A stretch of DNA of 64,000 nucleotides, from assembly GCA_973851085.1 (NCBI GenBank), contig OZ316775.1, positions 19,716,001 to 19,780,000 on the forward strand, in the 5' to 3' direction. Position numbers and translations under genes: made by a program. Origin of the DNA: Ptychomitrium polyphyllum. Taxonomy: Eukaryota. This document shows, one piece after another, positions 40,101 to 53,641 of this stretch (position 1 is its first letter; each line of letters starts with the position of its first letter). A model generated the notes under the pieces. It did not search any database. It was not told the origin of the DNA and saw only the letters and a list, made by a program, of their open reading frames with translations.

Positions 40101-43100
40101 TGTTGGATACATTATTTCCAACAAAAGACAATTGATGGATCCAAAGAAGTCGAAGCAATTAGGGTTTGGATAAGGCCAAAATCGGTACGTGAAGTCCAAT
40201 GCTTTTTTAGATTTGCAAATTTCTATAGGATCTTCATCAAAGACTTTTCTTGAATAGCTGCACCACTCATATGACTAACTTGCAAGAAAAAGATTGATTG
40301 GTGATCCAGTGCAGAGATTAAATTCCAAAGTTTGAAGCGAGTTTTTACCATAGTTCCTATTTTGGTCCATCCAGACTTTTTAAGGCAATTTTATCTTGAG
40401 ACAGATGCTTTTGACTTTGTACTAGGAGCAGTTTTGTCACAAACAGCAAGAGAAAGGAGGCTCCATCTGATTGCATTCCATTCCAAAAAAAAATTAGCTA
40501 CAAACATCAACTACAAGATTCACAACAAGGAACTCCTTGTAATTGTAGATTCTTTCCAACAATGGAGTCACTTGCTTGAAGGTGCCGCGCATCCAATTAT
40601 TGTATATTGACTACAAGAATTTAGAATATTTTATATCAGCCCTTGTTTTGAATTGCCACTAAGTTTGTTAGAGTATGTTTCTATCTTGGTTTGATTATTG
40701 CGTCACATATTGACCTGGAAAACAATAAGGGTTGTCAGATGCTTTGTTAAAACAATCATATTTTGTGCCAAAGGAGGGAGACGCAGCACACGATTAACAA
40801 CGAGCAATTTTATCAAAACTCAAACGATTTTATATACGCACAACTAGTATTTCAACTCTGGTGGATTCATAGTTCCTTGACCATGTTTATATGGCATCTA
40901 CTAAGGGCCCTTTTATTCTTGATATTAAGCGTCGTTCCAACAACTTCTTTGAAGATGTGTCTAAATTCAAATTAAAAGACAACCTTCTCTATTTTGAAGA
41001 ACGTCTATATATTCGTGAAGGACTAATTTGCCTTTGTATACTTCAAATACGTCATGACTTTCTCAAGGCTAGACGTTTTGAATTCAATAAAACCTTGGAA
41101 CTCCTCTCTCTCTTGACTTTTGGTGGCTTCAAATGTGGAAGGAAGTTGAAGAATTTTTACTTTAGTATCATACCTGCTCTCAGTCAAAGAACCCTTGACA
41201 CCATTCATATGGACTTCTCCAACCACTGCCTATTCCAAGGCAACTGTGGTTGTCTATTTTAATGGATTTCATTACAAATCTTCTATAGTGAAATTCTTTT
41301 GATACCATCTTTGTTGTGGTAGACCAATTGATCAAGATGGCATATTTTGTACCTTGCAAGAAGACAATTACGAGTGAAGAGACTACCACACTCTTTATGA
41401 ATAATGTCTATGGCTACTATGGACTACCCGACGATATTATATCAGATTGTCTTCTACTAAGCAAGTCAACTAGATCTTGGAACAATATCTTTGGTGTACA
41501 ATACAAAATAACAATAGATGCAACAAGGTAAGAAAAACCTCCATTCCAAGTTGGCCAGAAGGTGTGGCTCCTTTGATGCAATATAAAGACTAATAAGCCA
41601 TGTAACAAACTAAACTATCGCAAATTGGAATTATTTGTAATAAAAAAATAAGTCAATTACATGGCATATTGTTTGGAACTACCAACATTAGTGACGGTAC
41701 ATCCCATCTTCCACGTTTCACTTCTAAAAACCTGTAAGGAATTAAGTATCCCTAAATGAAAGCAGTTGCCACCACCTGTGGTCAAAATTAACAATCATCA
41801 TGAATTTGAAGTAGAAGAAGTGCTTGACTTACGAATAAGATGTGGAAAGTTAGAATACTTGGTCTATTGACGAAGATATGACATCAATAAACGTATATGA
41901 GAGCCAACTAACAATCTTGCTAATTTACTAGTAAAAGTTTGTGATTTCCTTCAACAACATCCATCCAAACCAAAAGTAGCAGCACAAAGAATAGTGGCTT
42001 GGTAAGGTTGCGTAACCTTGAAGATTTTTGATTCTTAGGCTTTTAAGTAGGAGAAAAAGCAATTCCTAGATTATAAGTTTCTAAAGCCCCATACATGATT
42101 TAGAAATTAATAGTTTGTATTTTGAAGTTTATTGTAATTCCTTGAAAGTAGCTTGATATATTTGATATGGACAATCAAGATGCAGATTCCATGCCAATGG
42201 TATCAACCCATCCAAGTGGCTTTCAACAACCTTGTGATGAAGAATAGATTGGATCAAGAAGACGTCAAAGAATACTTAGTAACAGATCGTTAGTGATTGT
42301 CTTTGAAGTGGAGCCAGCTTACAAAGATTATCTAGAAGTAGTGTTTAAAGGACGCTTTTACAACAAAGATACAGAAGTTCATGTTTGATTCCAAGTAGAA
42401 GGCGTTGGACACTATTGATGGTTACAAGGATCCATGAACCATTTGAATTGTAAAAGACAATTGGAGTATGTTGCAGATACTATGCAACAAATTTTTGACT
42501 TCTTACAACTGTAAGCACTTGTTGCAATATGCTCCTTAGAAATCTTGGAGCTAGAAGAGGAGGTAATATCTCGGACATACATATTAGAAAGTATCTAGAA
42601 AGGTTCTTAGAAGGTTTAAGAAGCTTCTAAGGAAGTTACGTCGGATTTTAAAGGTTTTAAAGAAGTTACGTCGGCTTAGGAAGTTGTGAAGGAAGTTACC
42701 TCGGCCTAACAAGCTTCCAAAAAAATTACCTCGGTTTAGGAAGCTTCCAAATAAATTACCTTGATTTAAAAAGTTTTCAATGAAGTTATCTTGGCTTAGC
42801 AAGTTTCCATAGAAGTTACTTTGACTTAGGAAGCTTTCAAAGAAACAACTCAAGATTGCTTGAATACAAAACAATGTAGTAGAAGCTTCCCAAGTAGCTT
42901 CCAAGGCTTACAGTTCTAGTATATATACAAGTTGAGGCTGAAGGAATCTTCAGTCTCAGCAACATATCTTTTGTGTTCTAGCTCAGACCTTCTCGCCTTG
43001 TCTTTGTACCTTGTTATAGTTCTTTACTTCTAAAATACCTTGGGCATATCTTGTTTCACATTTTAGAATCTTGAAGCCTTATCTTGTAGTTACTTTATTC

Positions 43101-43106
43101 GTAACA
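37155..43106 (+). mobile_element. Ty3/gypsy chromovirus family 2, copy C: decayed near-full-length element
   Basis: LTRs 37155-37542 and 42567-43106. PPT AGAAGAGGAGG. gag remnants, protease ALIDSRA, RT YLDD at 39961, RNase H LETDAFDFVLGAVL, partly deleted integrase, chromodomain remnant near 41802-41900. TSD not convincing (CCACT vs ACATT). Confidence 0.9.
42167..42598 (+). pseudogene. Extra sense ORF (ORF3) of family-2 copy C
   Basis: A single frame with no indel reads MDNQDADSMP...RSLVIVFEVEPAYKDYLEVVFKGRF...GHY*WLQGSMNHLNCKRQLEYVADTMQQIFDFLQL...EEEVISRT. Its four internal stops are each one C>T change from a sense codon. Confidence 0.7.
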
Positions 43107-44385
43107 ACATTTGAAATGAAATGAAAAGCCCTCACCTTGTAGTCTAATGAAAAATTATTAAATTATTTGCTTAATTCCACAACATCTATTATATTAAGTA
43201 TTTTCTATCTATATAATTAAAATATAAATTGAAAATAACACCATACTAACACTAATCTAATTGCACACTTGAATAAAAAAAACTACAAAATGTGTATAAT
43301 TTTATTTCCAAAACCGTCTATATTAAGATGATGGTTCAAATAAAGCTTTCTTATTTTGATACCAATAATAATTTAGAGCAAAGGATCCTTCATTTTAAAG
43401 AATAAATATTTATATCTAAGGCCTATTTACAGATATAATGTAATTTAGAATGCTACTATAAAAAAAAGTTATATGTCAAAATCATCCATAATCAAAAATA
43501 ATTATTTGGAGATGTTTACATAATTCTTATTTACAAAAACTTAATATGCCAGGATTTTGTAAGTAAGGATTTTGCAATCAAATATAATTTGATCTTTATG
43601 AATAATAACCATCATATCTTTCTTAAAGCTACTAATGAATAATTTCTTGCATTTGGTAATATTATAGAAAATACTTAGTGCTTGGAAGTTATACTATAAG
43701 ATGTACTTGGAAGTTGCATTTTAAAAATAAATGTTTAAGATTATTTTTAACATCATCAAAAATTGGGCAAACCTAGTAGATTTAATTTAATTCACATGAT
43801 TAAAGTACTAATTTGTATTATATATTTTTGTATCAGGAAAAAATTGTCTATGTATAAACCACCTTCAATTGTCTATTGTTAAAACCAAAGTATTCATAAA
43901 AGCACCTAAAAACTTATATATATGCAGTTTATGTAAATACTAATAAATATTGCTATTAAAAAATAAATTCAAGTTATGGATTATTAAGACCAAGTTTATG
44001 AAGATGTTATGTCTTTTAGCCTCATTAATCCTCAATAAATATTTAACATATGACAAATGACTTTCTTTACAAAAACTAGAATTTTTTTGGGGTCATCTAT
44101 TTGGATGGCATATTGATGTATTCAAAGAACAAAAAATCACAAAAGTCATGTACGATTGGTTTTGAAGAAGCTATGGCAATGCAAGCTATATATTGAGTTG
44201 AAAGAATATTTTCCCACCAACCTTCAATTTAAATTTTAAGCAACATCAATTTAAAAGATGGAATTTTTATACATAAATTAAAAATAAGCACCATTATGAA
44301 GTGGAATATACCAAGGTCACTTAAGGACGTGCAATGCTTTATTTAGAATTTTTGAGACTTTTATCACAGATTATTCTAAAACTAC

Positions 44386-47300
44386 TGTTAAGGATATAAA
44401 AAACAAGAAGCAGAAACGAAGTGTTTTCCAAAAATTAACTTCCAAAGAACTAATGATTAACAAGAACTTGATACAAAGACTAGAACAAGGCAGGATTCAA
44501 GATGATCCACAGCTTGTGTTGGCAAGACTAAGGAATACCTTGTCTTGCCTTCTATTTATACTATGACGTTAGTATCTCCTAGGATACTTCTAAAGAAGCT
44601 TCCTGCAAGGCTTAAGAAAGTTCTGGAAGTCTAGGGTTCCTTTCCAAGAAGTTTTGTAAGATGTTGGAACCTTTTTAAGAAGCTTTCAAGGAGTAGGAAT
44701 CTTCCTTGGAAATTTCTTAAGGTAGCGGAACCTTCTTAGGAAGTTTCCTAAGAATATGGAAAGGCTATGGAGACATTTAAAAGTATTATAAGAAGCTATT
44801 ATAGTATACTAAAAGGTTTTAGAATGATCTAAGGACTATGTTGCATGATCTATGTCCGTGACATGACCTCCCCATTTAGCAACGAGTCCCATGAGGAGCT
44901 CTTTTTTTAGTTTGTTTTTTACATTTCTACAAATTCCAAAATTTATCAAAGAAGCAAAGCAACATATTTTGCTCATTATTCTTTGTCCGCTAGTTCAATT
45001 GGTCTTTGCAAAAAACGCTGATGACCACAGCCAAGACTTCTATTGTTCAAATTTCCTATCCCGAAATCTGATCTTGATTAAACCCTTCAAAACATCCTCC
45101 AAACAAGATCTCAGGTCCTTCAGGAGTGACTCTTCCAATTTCTACCAAGATGACTAGAGCGTGAGCATCTGAATCAAGACTAGAATAAGAAGTGCGAGTA
45201 GCCAATTCTTCTGCACGAAGTCATACTTAACGTTGGAATGTCTTTCTCATATCTTGGCTTAGATCCTCCGTTACCAAAGGCTGAGAAAGTTGAATTGGCT
45301 TAACAGATGCTATTGTTGATGAAGGCATGGCCGACTGCTCTTCACGCATATCCATGATAACACAAAGATTTGACATGCTAGCTAGAATCTAAAAATGATC
45401 TATCTTGGAAATAATGCTGCATATAATTAGAGATTTTGGATATCTCTCCTCCCTTCTTAGACTTGTCTATGAAGGAAAAACTTCTATATAAAGCTAATGG
45501 CTACTGATGACACATCATCACTGACATAGTTTCTCAGGATATCTTTTATAAAATTTGGGTACCTTTTCGGATGCATTTGTTACATTTGTTGAAGGTTCCC
45601 ATGTTTGGTCATTGATGCCATATCCTTGCCAATGTATAAAATATCTCACACATCCATACTTGATGCATAAATCTAAGATTCTTCCACTTCATATTCAATT
45701 TTACTAATGATTTCTAGCGGACGAGGCGAGAGACAACTCTCTCTGGAATACATGATTTGTTATAGGTTTTCAACAACAATACATGGAATACTAGATGAAT
45801 TTGAATGCTTGGTGGTAGCTTTAGACAATAACTAACCGGATTTATCTGTTTGCTGATTTCGAATGGTTCCAGCCTTTGATAGTCCAACTTTTTTGATGGT
45901 CTTTTTGTTTGTATATTTTGTCGTAGAAATCATATGCTATTTCCAACCTTGAACTTTGGATGGTCTTTTTGATGGTGATCTGCATAAGTTTTGTAACGAT
46001 CTTGAGCTTGTTGTAATTGGAAAGTAATTTCTTGATGGATATTCACAAGTTGAGTTGCAAAATCCTCTGCTGCAGGACTTCCAACATGCTTTGCTTGAAA
46101 TGGATTTGCTTGAGGATGATGGCCATAGTTTGCAAAGAATGGACTTTGAATTTTTGAAGAATGCACCATATTGTTATAAGCAAATTCTGCCAAAAGCAAG
46201 AGATCCATCCAATTGTCTTGCTGGTAGTTTATGTTACAACGAAGGTACTGCTCCAAAATTTGATTCATACGTTCGGTTTGGCCATCAACTTGCGAATAAT
46301 TGGCTAAAGAAAGGTTGATCTTTACATGCAACAGCTAGATTAGAGCCTTCCAAAAGGTGGAAATGAACAACTACCCCCGATTGGATAGAATATCATCTGC
46401 TAGTCCACGTATGCGGTAGACGTGATTTAGGAACAACTTGGCAGTTTCTTCTCCCGTTACCGTCTTGTTGCATAGAATGAAAATGTGTCATTTTGATAAA
46501 TTGATCTAAGACTACCAAAATATAATCTTTAAAATTGGAGTTTGGATGGTCTGTGATAAAATCCATTGACATAGACAACCATAGATCCTTTGATACTAGA
46601 AGCGGATGGAGGAGACCATGAGGTTGGTGCCTTGGTACTTTGGCTCTTGCACAAGTGTCGCATGATTGAACAAAGTCCTTCTTGTACTTCCACATTTGTG
46701 GCCACCAAAATTCTCTAATAATCAACTCTATTGTTTTATTGAATTCAAAATGTCTTGCTATTGGAAAACCATGACGTGCTTGATGGATCTTCAACCGCAA
46801 AGGGCCTAGAGGTAGGTAAAAAATTCCTTTATAATAAAGTAAACCCTCTTGGACTTCAAAGTCCTTAGCGCTATTTGAAGGATTTCTTTTGTCTTTGAGG
46901 CACTTCCTTATATTTGAAATAAAGACATCATTCTTCAAAGCCTTCCGAGTTTTGTTAAGATGGTATGTTGTCGTAATAATTGCTGCTTTCAATTGAAAAT
47001 TCTCTGGCTTCAATAAAATAGTCCTCTGTTGATTCAAAACATCATCTTCAGGTTGAGGAGCTAAATAGGATCTTTGAGATAAAGCATCTCGCTTACCTTG
47101 TAAGCTACCAGGTGGATAGGTAATAACAAAGTCAAGTTTAAAAAGCGACATACTCCACCTTGCTTGATGTCAATTCAAAACGCGCGCATTCATGAAATAC
47201 TTCATGTTCTTATGGTCTGTGTATATCGTGATGGTATGTTGAGCTCCTTCCAACAAGTGTTGCCATTCCTCAAACGCATCCACATTTGCAAGTAATTATT

Positions 47301-50300
47301 TATCATAGATATCATAGTTGATCTTTGCCGCTGAGAACTTGCTTGAATTAAAAGCAAGAGGGTGAAGTCTCCCGTCTTCATCATATTGTGAGAATACAAA
47401 GCTAAGCGCAAAATTTGAGGCATCCGCTTCCAAATTATAAGGTTTTGATGGATTTGGATGAATAAAGATTGGAATCGACGAGAATGACTACTTATGACCT
47501 TGAAATGCTTTTTCCGCCTCTTCATTCCAAATGAATTTTTGCTTCTCCGTAAAACGTGTTAATACTGCTGCAATCTTGGAATAATTCTTGATGAATATCT
47601 TGTAGAAGTTTACAAATTCTAAGAAATATTGAACATCTCGAATTGATCTTAGCGTACTCCACTCCATGATAGTGCTTATTTTTTTCTTATCCATATGGAT
47701 TTTTTTTTTGGAAATGATATAGCCTAAAAATTCAACCAAGGATTCATGGAATAGGCACTTCTCCAATTTGGCATACAATCCTCGCTGGCGTTGTTTTTCT
47801 AAGATCAATTGCACATGACATTCGTGGTCTTGTTCATCCTTTGAACATATCAAAATGTCATCCAAGTAGATGACTACAAAATCGTCCAAATGTTCATGGA
47901 AGATATCATTCATCATATGTTGGAAGACTGATGGGGCATTAGTAAGGCCAAAAGGCATGACATTGTATTCAAAATGACCCTATCTAGATCGAAAAGCAAT
48001 CTTCCATTTGTCTCTTTCTTTGATGCGTACAAGATTGTAGGCTCTTCTAAAATTAATTTTGGTGAATATTTTTGCTTGGCCAAGTTGTTGTAGGAGTCTT
48101 GAGATTAATGGTAATGGATAGCGATTCTTTTTTGTTACTTTATTGAGGCCTCAATAGTCCACGCACATACGTAATGATTCTTATTTTTTTCTTTGCAAAT
48201 GGAATGGGTGCTCGAGCCGGTAATTTAGAATGTTGAATGAAACCCTTTCCAAGGTTTTTATCAATATATTCTCTCAAGGCATTCAATTTGGTTTGTTGAT
48301 AAGTTATAAATAGGTTCAAAAGATGGTTGGAGTAATTCTTGCAACTCAATGGTACAATCATAAGGCCGGTGCTTTTGTAATATGTTCGCCTTTTTTTTTC
48401 AAAAACATCTTTATAATTTTGATATTGACGATGTATATTTCAATTAGCCTCTATTCTAGAGCTAGACATTGGTGTGGCATAAATGGCATAAATTGGTTCA
48501 TCCTTTGCCGCTCTCATGAATGCCTTGGCTCCTATAAATGATGGTCCAAGATTTCTTGTATCTTGATGTCTTTTCCTTGAGACCACATTTCGTAAGCGCC
48601 AATCAATGTCTGGATTATGTAATTCAAACCAAGGAAGGCCCAAGACAATAGGATTTAGTCGGCAATGAATGATGTTGAAGACAATCTTAGATGCCTGATT
48701 TCCAAACAACCTCCAATAGTTGGTTTGCTTCAATAACGTTGCCAGTCACATGACTTCGTACATCAATAACTTCAATAGGTGCAAGGTATTTGTTGTTTAC
48801 AAGCACCATATGATGTTTGGTTGCAAAATCCTTGTCTATAAAACATGCCGTTGTACTAGTGTCTAATAGAGGTTCATTAACTATTTCATCATCTAGCAAT
48901 TTAATTTTGATAAGAAATGTAAAACAAGAGGTAGGGCTTGAAGGTAGTAAGAGACCTTTATTTGATGGTTTTTTCTTTGTGGTGTCCAATCACATGGTCC
49001 CTACTAGGACTGGAAAGCCTCGTTTTCCAACTCCACCATTGTGCTTTGAGCTTTAAAGGCAGATCCTTTGATTTGGGAATTACGCACTTTATGTCCAGAC
49101 TTGCCACAATACAAACATAGATTTTTTCTTTTCCTATTGGAATCAAATGTATAATCTGGGCAGCATCAATTTGCATAGGTTTTGGTCCTTGTAGTCGGCT
49201 TTCTGATATTCTTAAAAAAGTGGTACACATGCTTTGATGTATTGGTTGCCATCCCAAGCGTTGTTCTTGGCGCCTCTCAATTAGTCTATTGTCAGATGCT
49301 ATTGCTTGAGTGATGAATTTGTCCAATATTTCAACTCTTGGCATTATGAGTAGCAAGTCCTTCACATTCTTTTTTAAGCTCCATTGGAATTGTGTGACCA
49401 AGGCTTTATCATTTCAATTAAGGTCAAAGGTAGTTGTTAAAACTCTACAACATATGTAGCAGCTAAGAGTTGTGCTTAATGTAGACTTTGGATCCTTGTC
49501 TCTGCCACCTTCTCTCGGTTGGTGTTTCTAAAAGTAGATGTCAATGCTTCTATAAAAGCATCTAAGTTGTTCAATAATGGTGACTACTTCTCCATTAATG
49601 ATGTAAACCATGATAGGGCATCGTTTGATAAAATAGTGGCTACAGATTCCACTTGAGTGATGCAATAAAAATAGCAAGATTGATGCAAACTAAAGAAGAG
49701 TCTTACTTGTTGAACAAAGCCTCTCAATTTTGATCTTGATCTATCGAACTTGTCTGGCATGCTAATCTTTGGCTCCGCATGGGTTCAACGCAAGCCTTCT
49801 CTTCTAATATTGGCCTTTCGCAATCAAACAACCTCTTGATATAGGCTTTGAATACAACCATTGGATTCTTCAGCTTGCCGAGTGTGTTGCTCCAAATTAT
49901 TGGTAGTATTAAAACGGGAAAATTCCGTCCAAACTATGTTTAATAACTCTTGAAGGTCTGCAATAGTTGCAAACCTATTCTCTAATGTTCTAAGCATGTT
50001 ATCCATTTCTTAAGATTGTCAAAGACAAGAAGACTATGAGTACCTTCAAAGGAGGGTAATCCACGTCCTTTGAAAGAAGTAATACTTGGTTCTAGAAGGA
50101 GAAACCAAATCTATGGTGCCAGCTTAGAAGAGGGTAATCCGCAACCTCTAAGACGCTATGGAATCCTAAAAAATATTTGTAATCTACAATGTTCTTTAAA
50201 GAAACTTAGCTTAGACAAAGATAAAAAGTAGGCTTGCTAAACTGTTAGGGACACAAAAAATAAGAAGCAAAAACAAAATGTTCCCAAAAATTAGCTTCCA

Positions 50301-50855
50301 AAGAGCTAATGATTAACAAGAATTTAATTCAAAGACTAAAACAAGGCAGGATTCAAGATGATCCACAAATTGTGTTGGCAAGACTAAGGAATACCTTGTC
50401 TTGCCTTCTATTTATTCTATGACGTTAGTATCTCCTAGGTTACTTCTAAAGAAGGTTTCTACAAGGCTTAAGAATGTTCTGGAAGTCTAGGGAACCTTTG
50501 CAAGAAGTTTCCAAAGATGTTGAAACCTTCCTAAGAAGCTTTCAAGGAGTTGGAACTTTCCTTGGAAATTTTTTAAGGTAGCGGAACTTTCTTAGGAAGT
50601 TTGCTAAGGTAAGGGATCTTTTCTGGGAAGTTTCTTAAGGTGATGGAGTCTTCATAAGAAGTATCCTAAGAAGTTTCCTAAGATTATAGAATCTTCCTAG
50701 GAAGTTTCCTTAGATGGTGGAACTTTCTTAGGAAGCTTCCTAAGAACATTGAAAGGGTATGGAAACATTTAAAAGTATTATAAGAAGTTATTATAGTATA
50801 CTAGAAGGTTCTAGAATGTTCTAAGGACTATGTTGCATGATCTATGTCCGTGACA
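44386..50855 (-). mobile_element. Ty3/gypsy chromovirus family 1, copy D: full-length but decayed
   Basis: 5' LTR 50855-50243 and 3' LTR 44863-44386. Perfect TSD ACTAC (44381-44385 and 50856-50860). gag, PR, RT (MPFGLTNAP, YLDD at 47868-47857), RNase H, integrase, chromodomain and PPT are in order. Confidence 0.95.
44850..45376 (-). pseudogene. Extra sense ORF (ORF3) of copy D
   Basis: Collinear with 8448-8975 apart from a 1-nt deletion. Reads ...LVILVEIGRVTPEGPEILFGGCFEGFNQDQ..., with CAG where copy B has TAA. Confidence 0.65.
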
Positions 50856-53641
50856 ACTACAAGACAATCAATGTGCCTAATTGGAAAGAAGAATTCTTAT
50901 AGAATGAAAAAGCGGTAGAAGTCTTTCAAGGTCCAAAATAATCATTTATGTCAATTCCAATTGTTGTTTGTTTGTATCCATCAATACCCTTTTGTTCTGA
51001 ATTAAATGCGTCAAATTTTATGCTCAACCTAAACCCTCATAATATGACAAAGATAAGAAACTTCACTTAATTGTCTTCTATTTTAAGAAGTTCTTGGCAA
51101 TAAAAAGCGGCTATAAGATATATGGTAAGGAGTTACTTACAATTGTATATGCCTTTGGAAAACAACAATATTTATTGGAGCTTGTTCAATACCATCAAAC
51201 TGTTTAAAAATCACAAAAACCTTAAATACTTCATGAATGCAGATGATTTGAATTGCTGCCAAACAATTAATCTACAAAGAAATTCAAATACTTAATTTCA
51301 AAAATCTTATTTTGCTTCTAAATTTGGATATGGAGTTTTGAATCAATTAAGGAATAGTACATTTAAGCCAAAGTATCTCTAGTTGAAGGCATCAATCATT
51401 ACTATGGCATCTCATCTTGACAAATTTGAAGGCTTAAATAAACAATCCATTTGCCTCAAGTATTAAGAAGTGTCTTACAATTACTAGCATGTTTTCAAAT
51501 GGTGTTGGAAATTTTGATTTTTGAGCTAACATACTTTACAACCAAAAACTTTTATATGCACTTTTAAGACCACTACAATTGAAGACCTTTTGTACATTCC
51601 ACAACTTTCTTGCAATGGAGCACTCTAAATTCTGTAAGATGGAATTGATTGCTAGATACCATTGGTGGTCACAAATGTAGATGTATTTAAAGAACTTCAT
51701 ACAACCATATGACACTTGTACACAAAGAAAGGTACTAGTACACCAATTTTTTGGTTTCTTCTAATATCAACATTGTAATTTCTTCCATTTACCTTTGTTC
51801 CTTCATGGTCCTTAATTATTCTTACCAATGGATTTCATTATGGACCTTTTGAGCTTCAATTCAAAAGATTCTTAAGTGGTGGTAGTTGATTGATTCATCC
51901 AAGATAGTGCATTTTGTTCCATGTAACAAGATAGTAATAATAGGAAATAATTAATAAGTTATTTCTTAACAATAACTAAGGCATACATGAGCTATTAGTC
52001 AACATTGTATTTAATCTCAAGTTGCAGTTTATTTCCTGTTTTTTGAAAAAATTGTTCCAATCTTTATTTATGAAGATCAATTATTTTACAAGACACCATT
52101 TACAAATCAAAGGCCATATGGAACAATTCATTAACTTAGAATAGTACCTCCATTTTAATGTAAACTACCAATAAAATAATTTGATAAACTTCTTATCTTT
52201 GGCAAAGTTTGCTTGCAACAATATGTTGCATTCATGGACAAAGCAAATTCTATGCTTTATAAATTATAGCCAACACCTACAAGCGTATTTTTTTCAACTG
52301 GAACATATTAAAAGCACTACGACAAAGAAGATGCATCTCATCTTGCCAAGACCTATTACCAGTTTTGATTTCCAATTCAAACAAGTTCAAGGTTAATATA
52401 GGAATTATGCATATTGTCACTAAAATGTTATGATGTTATTGGTTTCTGAATAAGTTACTTAATTGATGCTTATTATCACTATAAAATGGTGACATCATTA
52501 ATTTTTATTTCTGTGAGTTAATGAATATACTAAATTTAAATCATAAACCTTCTATATTCAATTTTGAGAATTTGAAGTTATTATAGATTTTTTTGAAGAA
52601 AAGTGTGAAATAAATTACATTGTTTACATAAACATACCAAAAATGTCTGAGGATTTTATTTTTAAGTTTTATGAGAAATGAAAAAAATTATAGTACATGA
52701 ACTTTGTTTGTATGTACAATATCAAAATAAGAACTAATTCATGGTAATAGATATTGAAGTTCTCTTTGCTATTAAATACAATAGTAAAAAAAAAACTTTG
52801 AAATTTTGATCACATTTTCAAAACCCACTTCGTCACTTATATTAAAAAAACATTTTTCATGAGTATAATTTTTTGTATAAACACTAGCTACGTTCGAAAT
52901 CTGAGTGACCACTTTGTGGTCGCTCCCAACATGAGGGATTAATGATACTAAACTAATTTCGTTAATCAGATTCTTCATGGTATGTAGAATTACCAGTCTC
53001 ATGTCCTAGAAACAACCATACAACTGCACTTGCAATATGATGCAGCTTTCTGGATGTGCAGACTACCTAGCATTCTGTAGTGCAATTTCTGCCTTCTACT
53101 TTGCTCAAATTTTCTTACCAAAAATTTATAACTAAGCAAGCACAGTCCATGGGTTCAGAATATGAACGCGTGAACTACTACATAAATTCGGGACTAGATA
53201 TGTTGAGAGTTTTGGATTATCAGCGCGATTAAAATGACCCCTCTTTTTCCTTCTCAGCACTGATTAGAAAGCAACATACTTGATGCCGCTATGGATGAAT
53301 CTCTCAATTTACTTCGTTTCAGAACCAATTTCAGCTGCCAAGGTGATCTGGTTATCTCGAGGGAAAACTATGAGATGCACACCTTACAATTTACAGGTCA
53401 GAGACGCAATGAATCACATTCGTTTGCTAGCTGTAGTGTTCGTTTCCCAAGAAGAATACAATCATCATTGATCTCACGACGAATTATGATACTAACAGCT
53501 CGCATATTCCAACCAATTGTGACCACTTACGTTGCATTCATAATCAAAAATAAACAATCATATTTCATACAACTATATAAACTTCGAGACTATATACATC
53601 TCGACTAAACTCTTGAGCAATCATTCATCATGTATACTGTA

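Larger units (their letters stand above)
43500..52420 (+). mobile_element. Much older, heavily decayed Ty3/gypsy pol remnant split by copy D
   Basis: RT-like VIYLDGILMYSKN near 44092-44130. After 50860 RNase H-like and integrase-like remnants resume (YHWWSQM, MDFIMDL, LSLAKFACNN). Boundaries are approximate. Confidence 0.75.

Noticed and set aside
42584..42904. 106-aa repetitive ORF, and similar short ORFs in other LTRs
   Set aside because: Translation of LTR tandem subrepeats.
37150..43111. Target-site duplication for copy C
   Set aside because: The flanks CCACT and ACATT differ at two of five positions.
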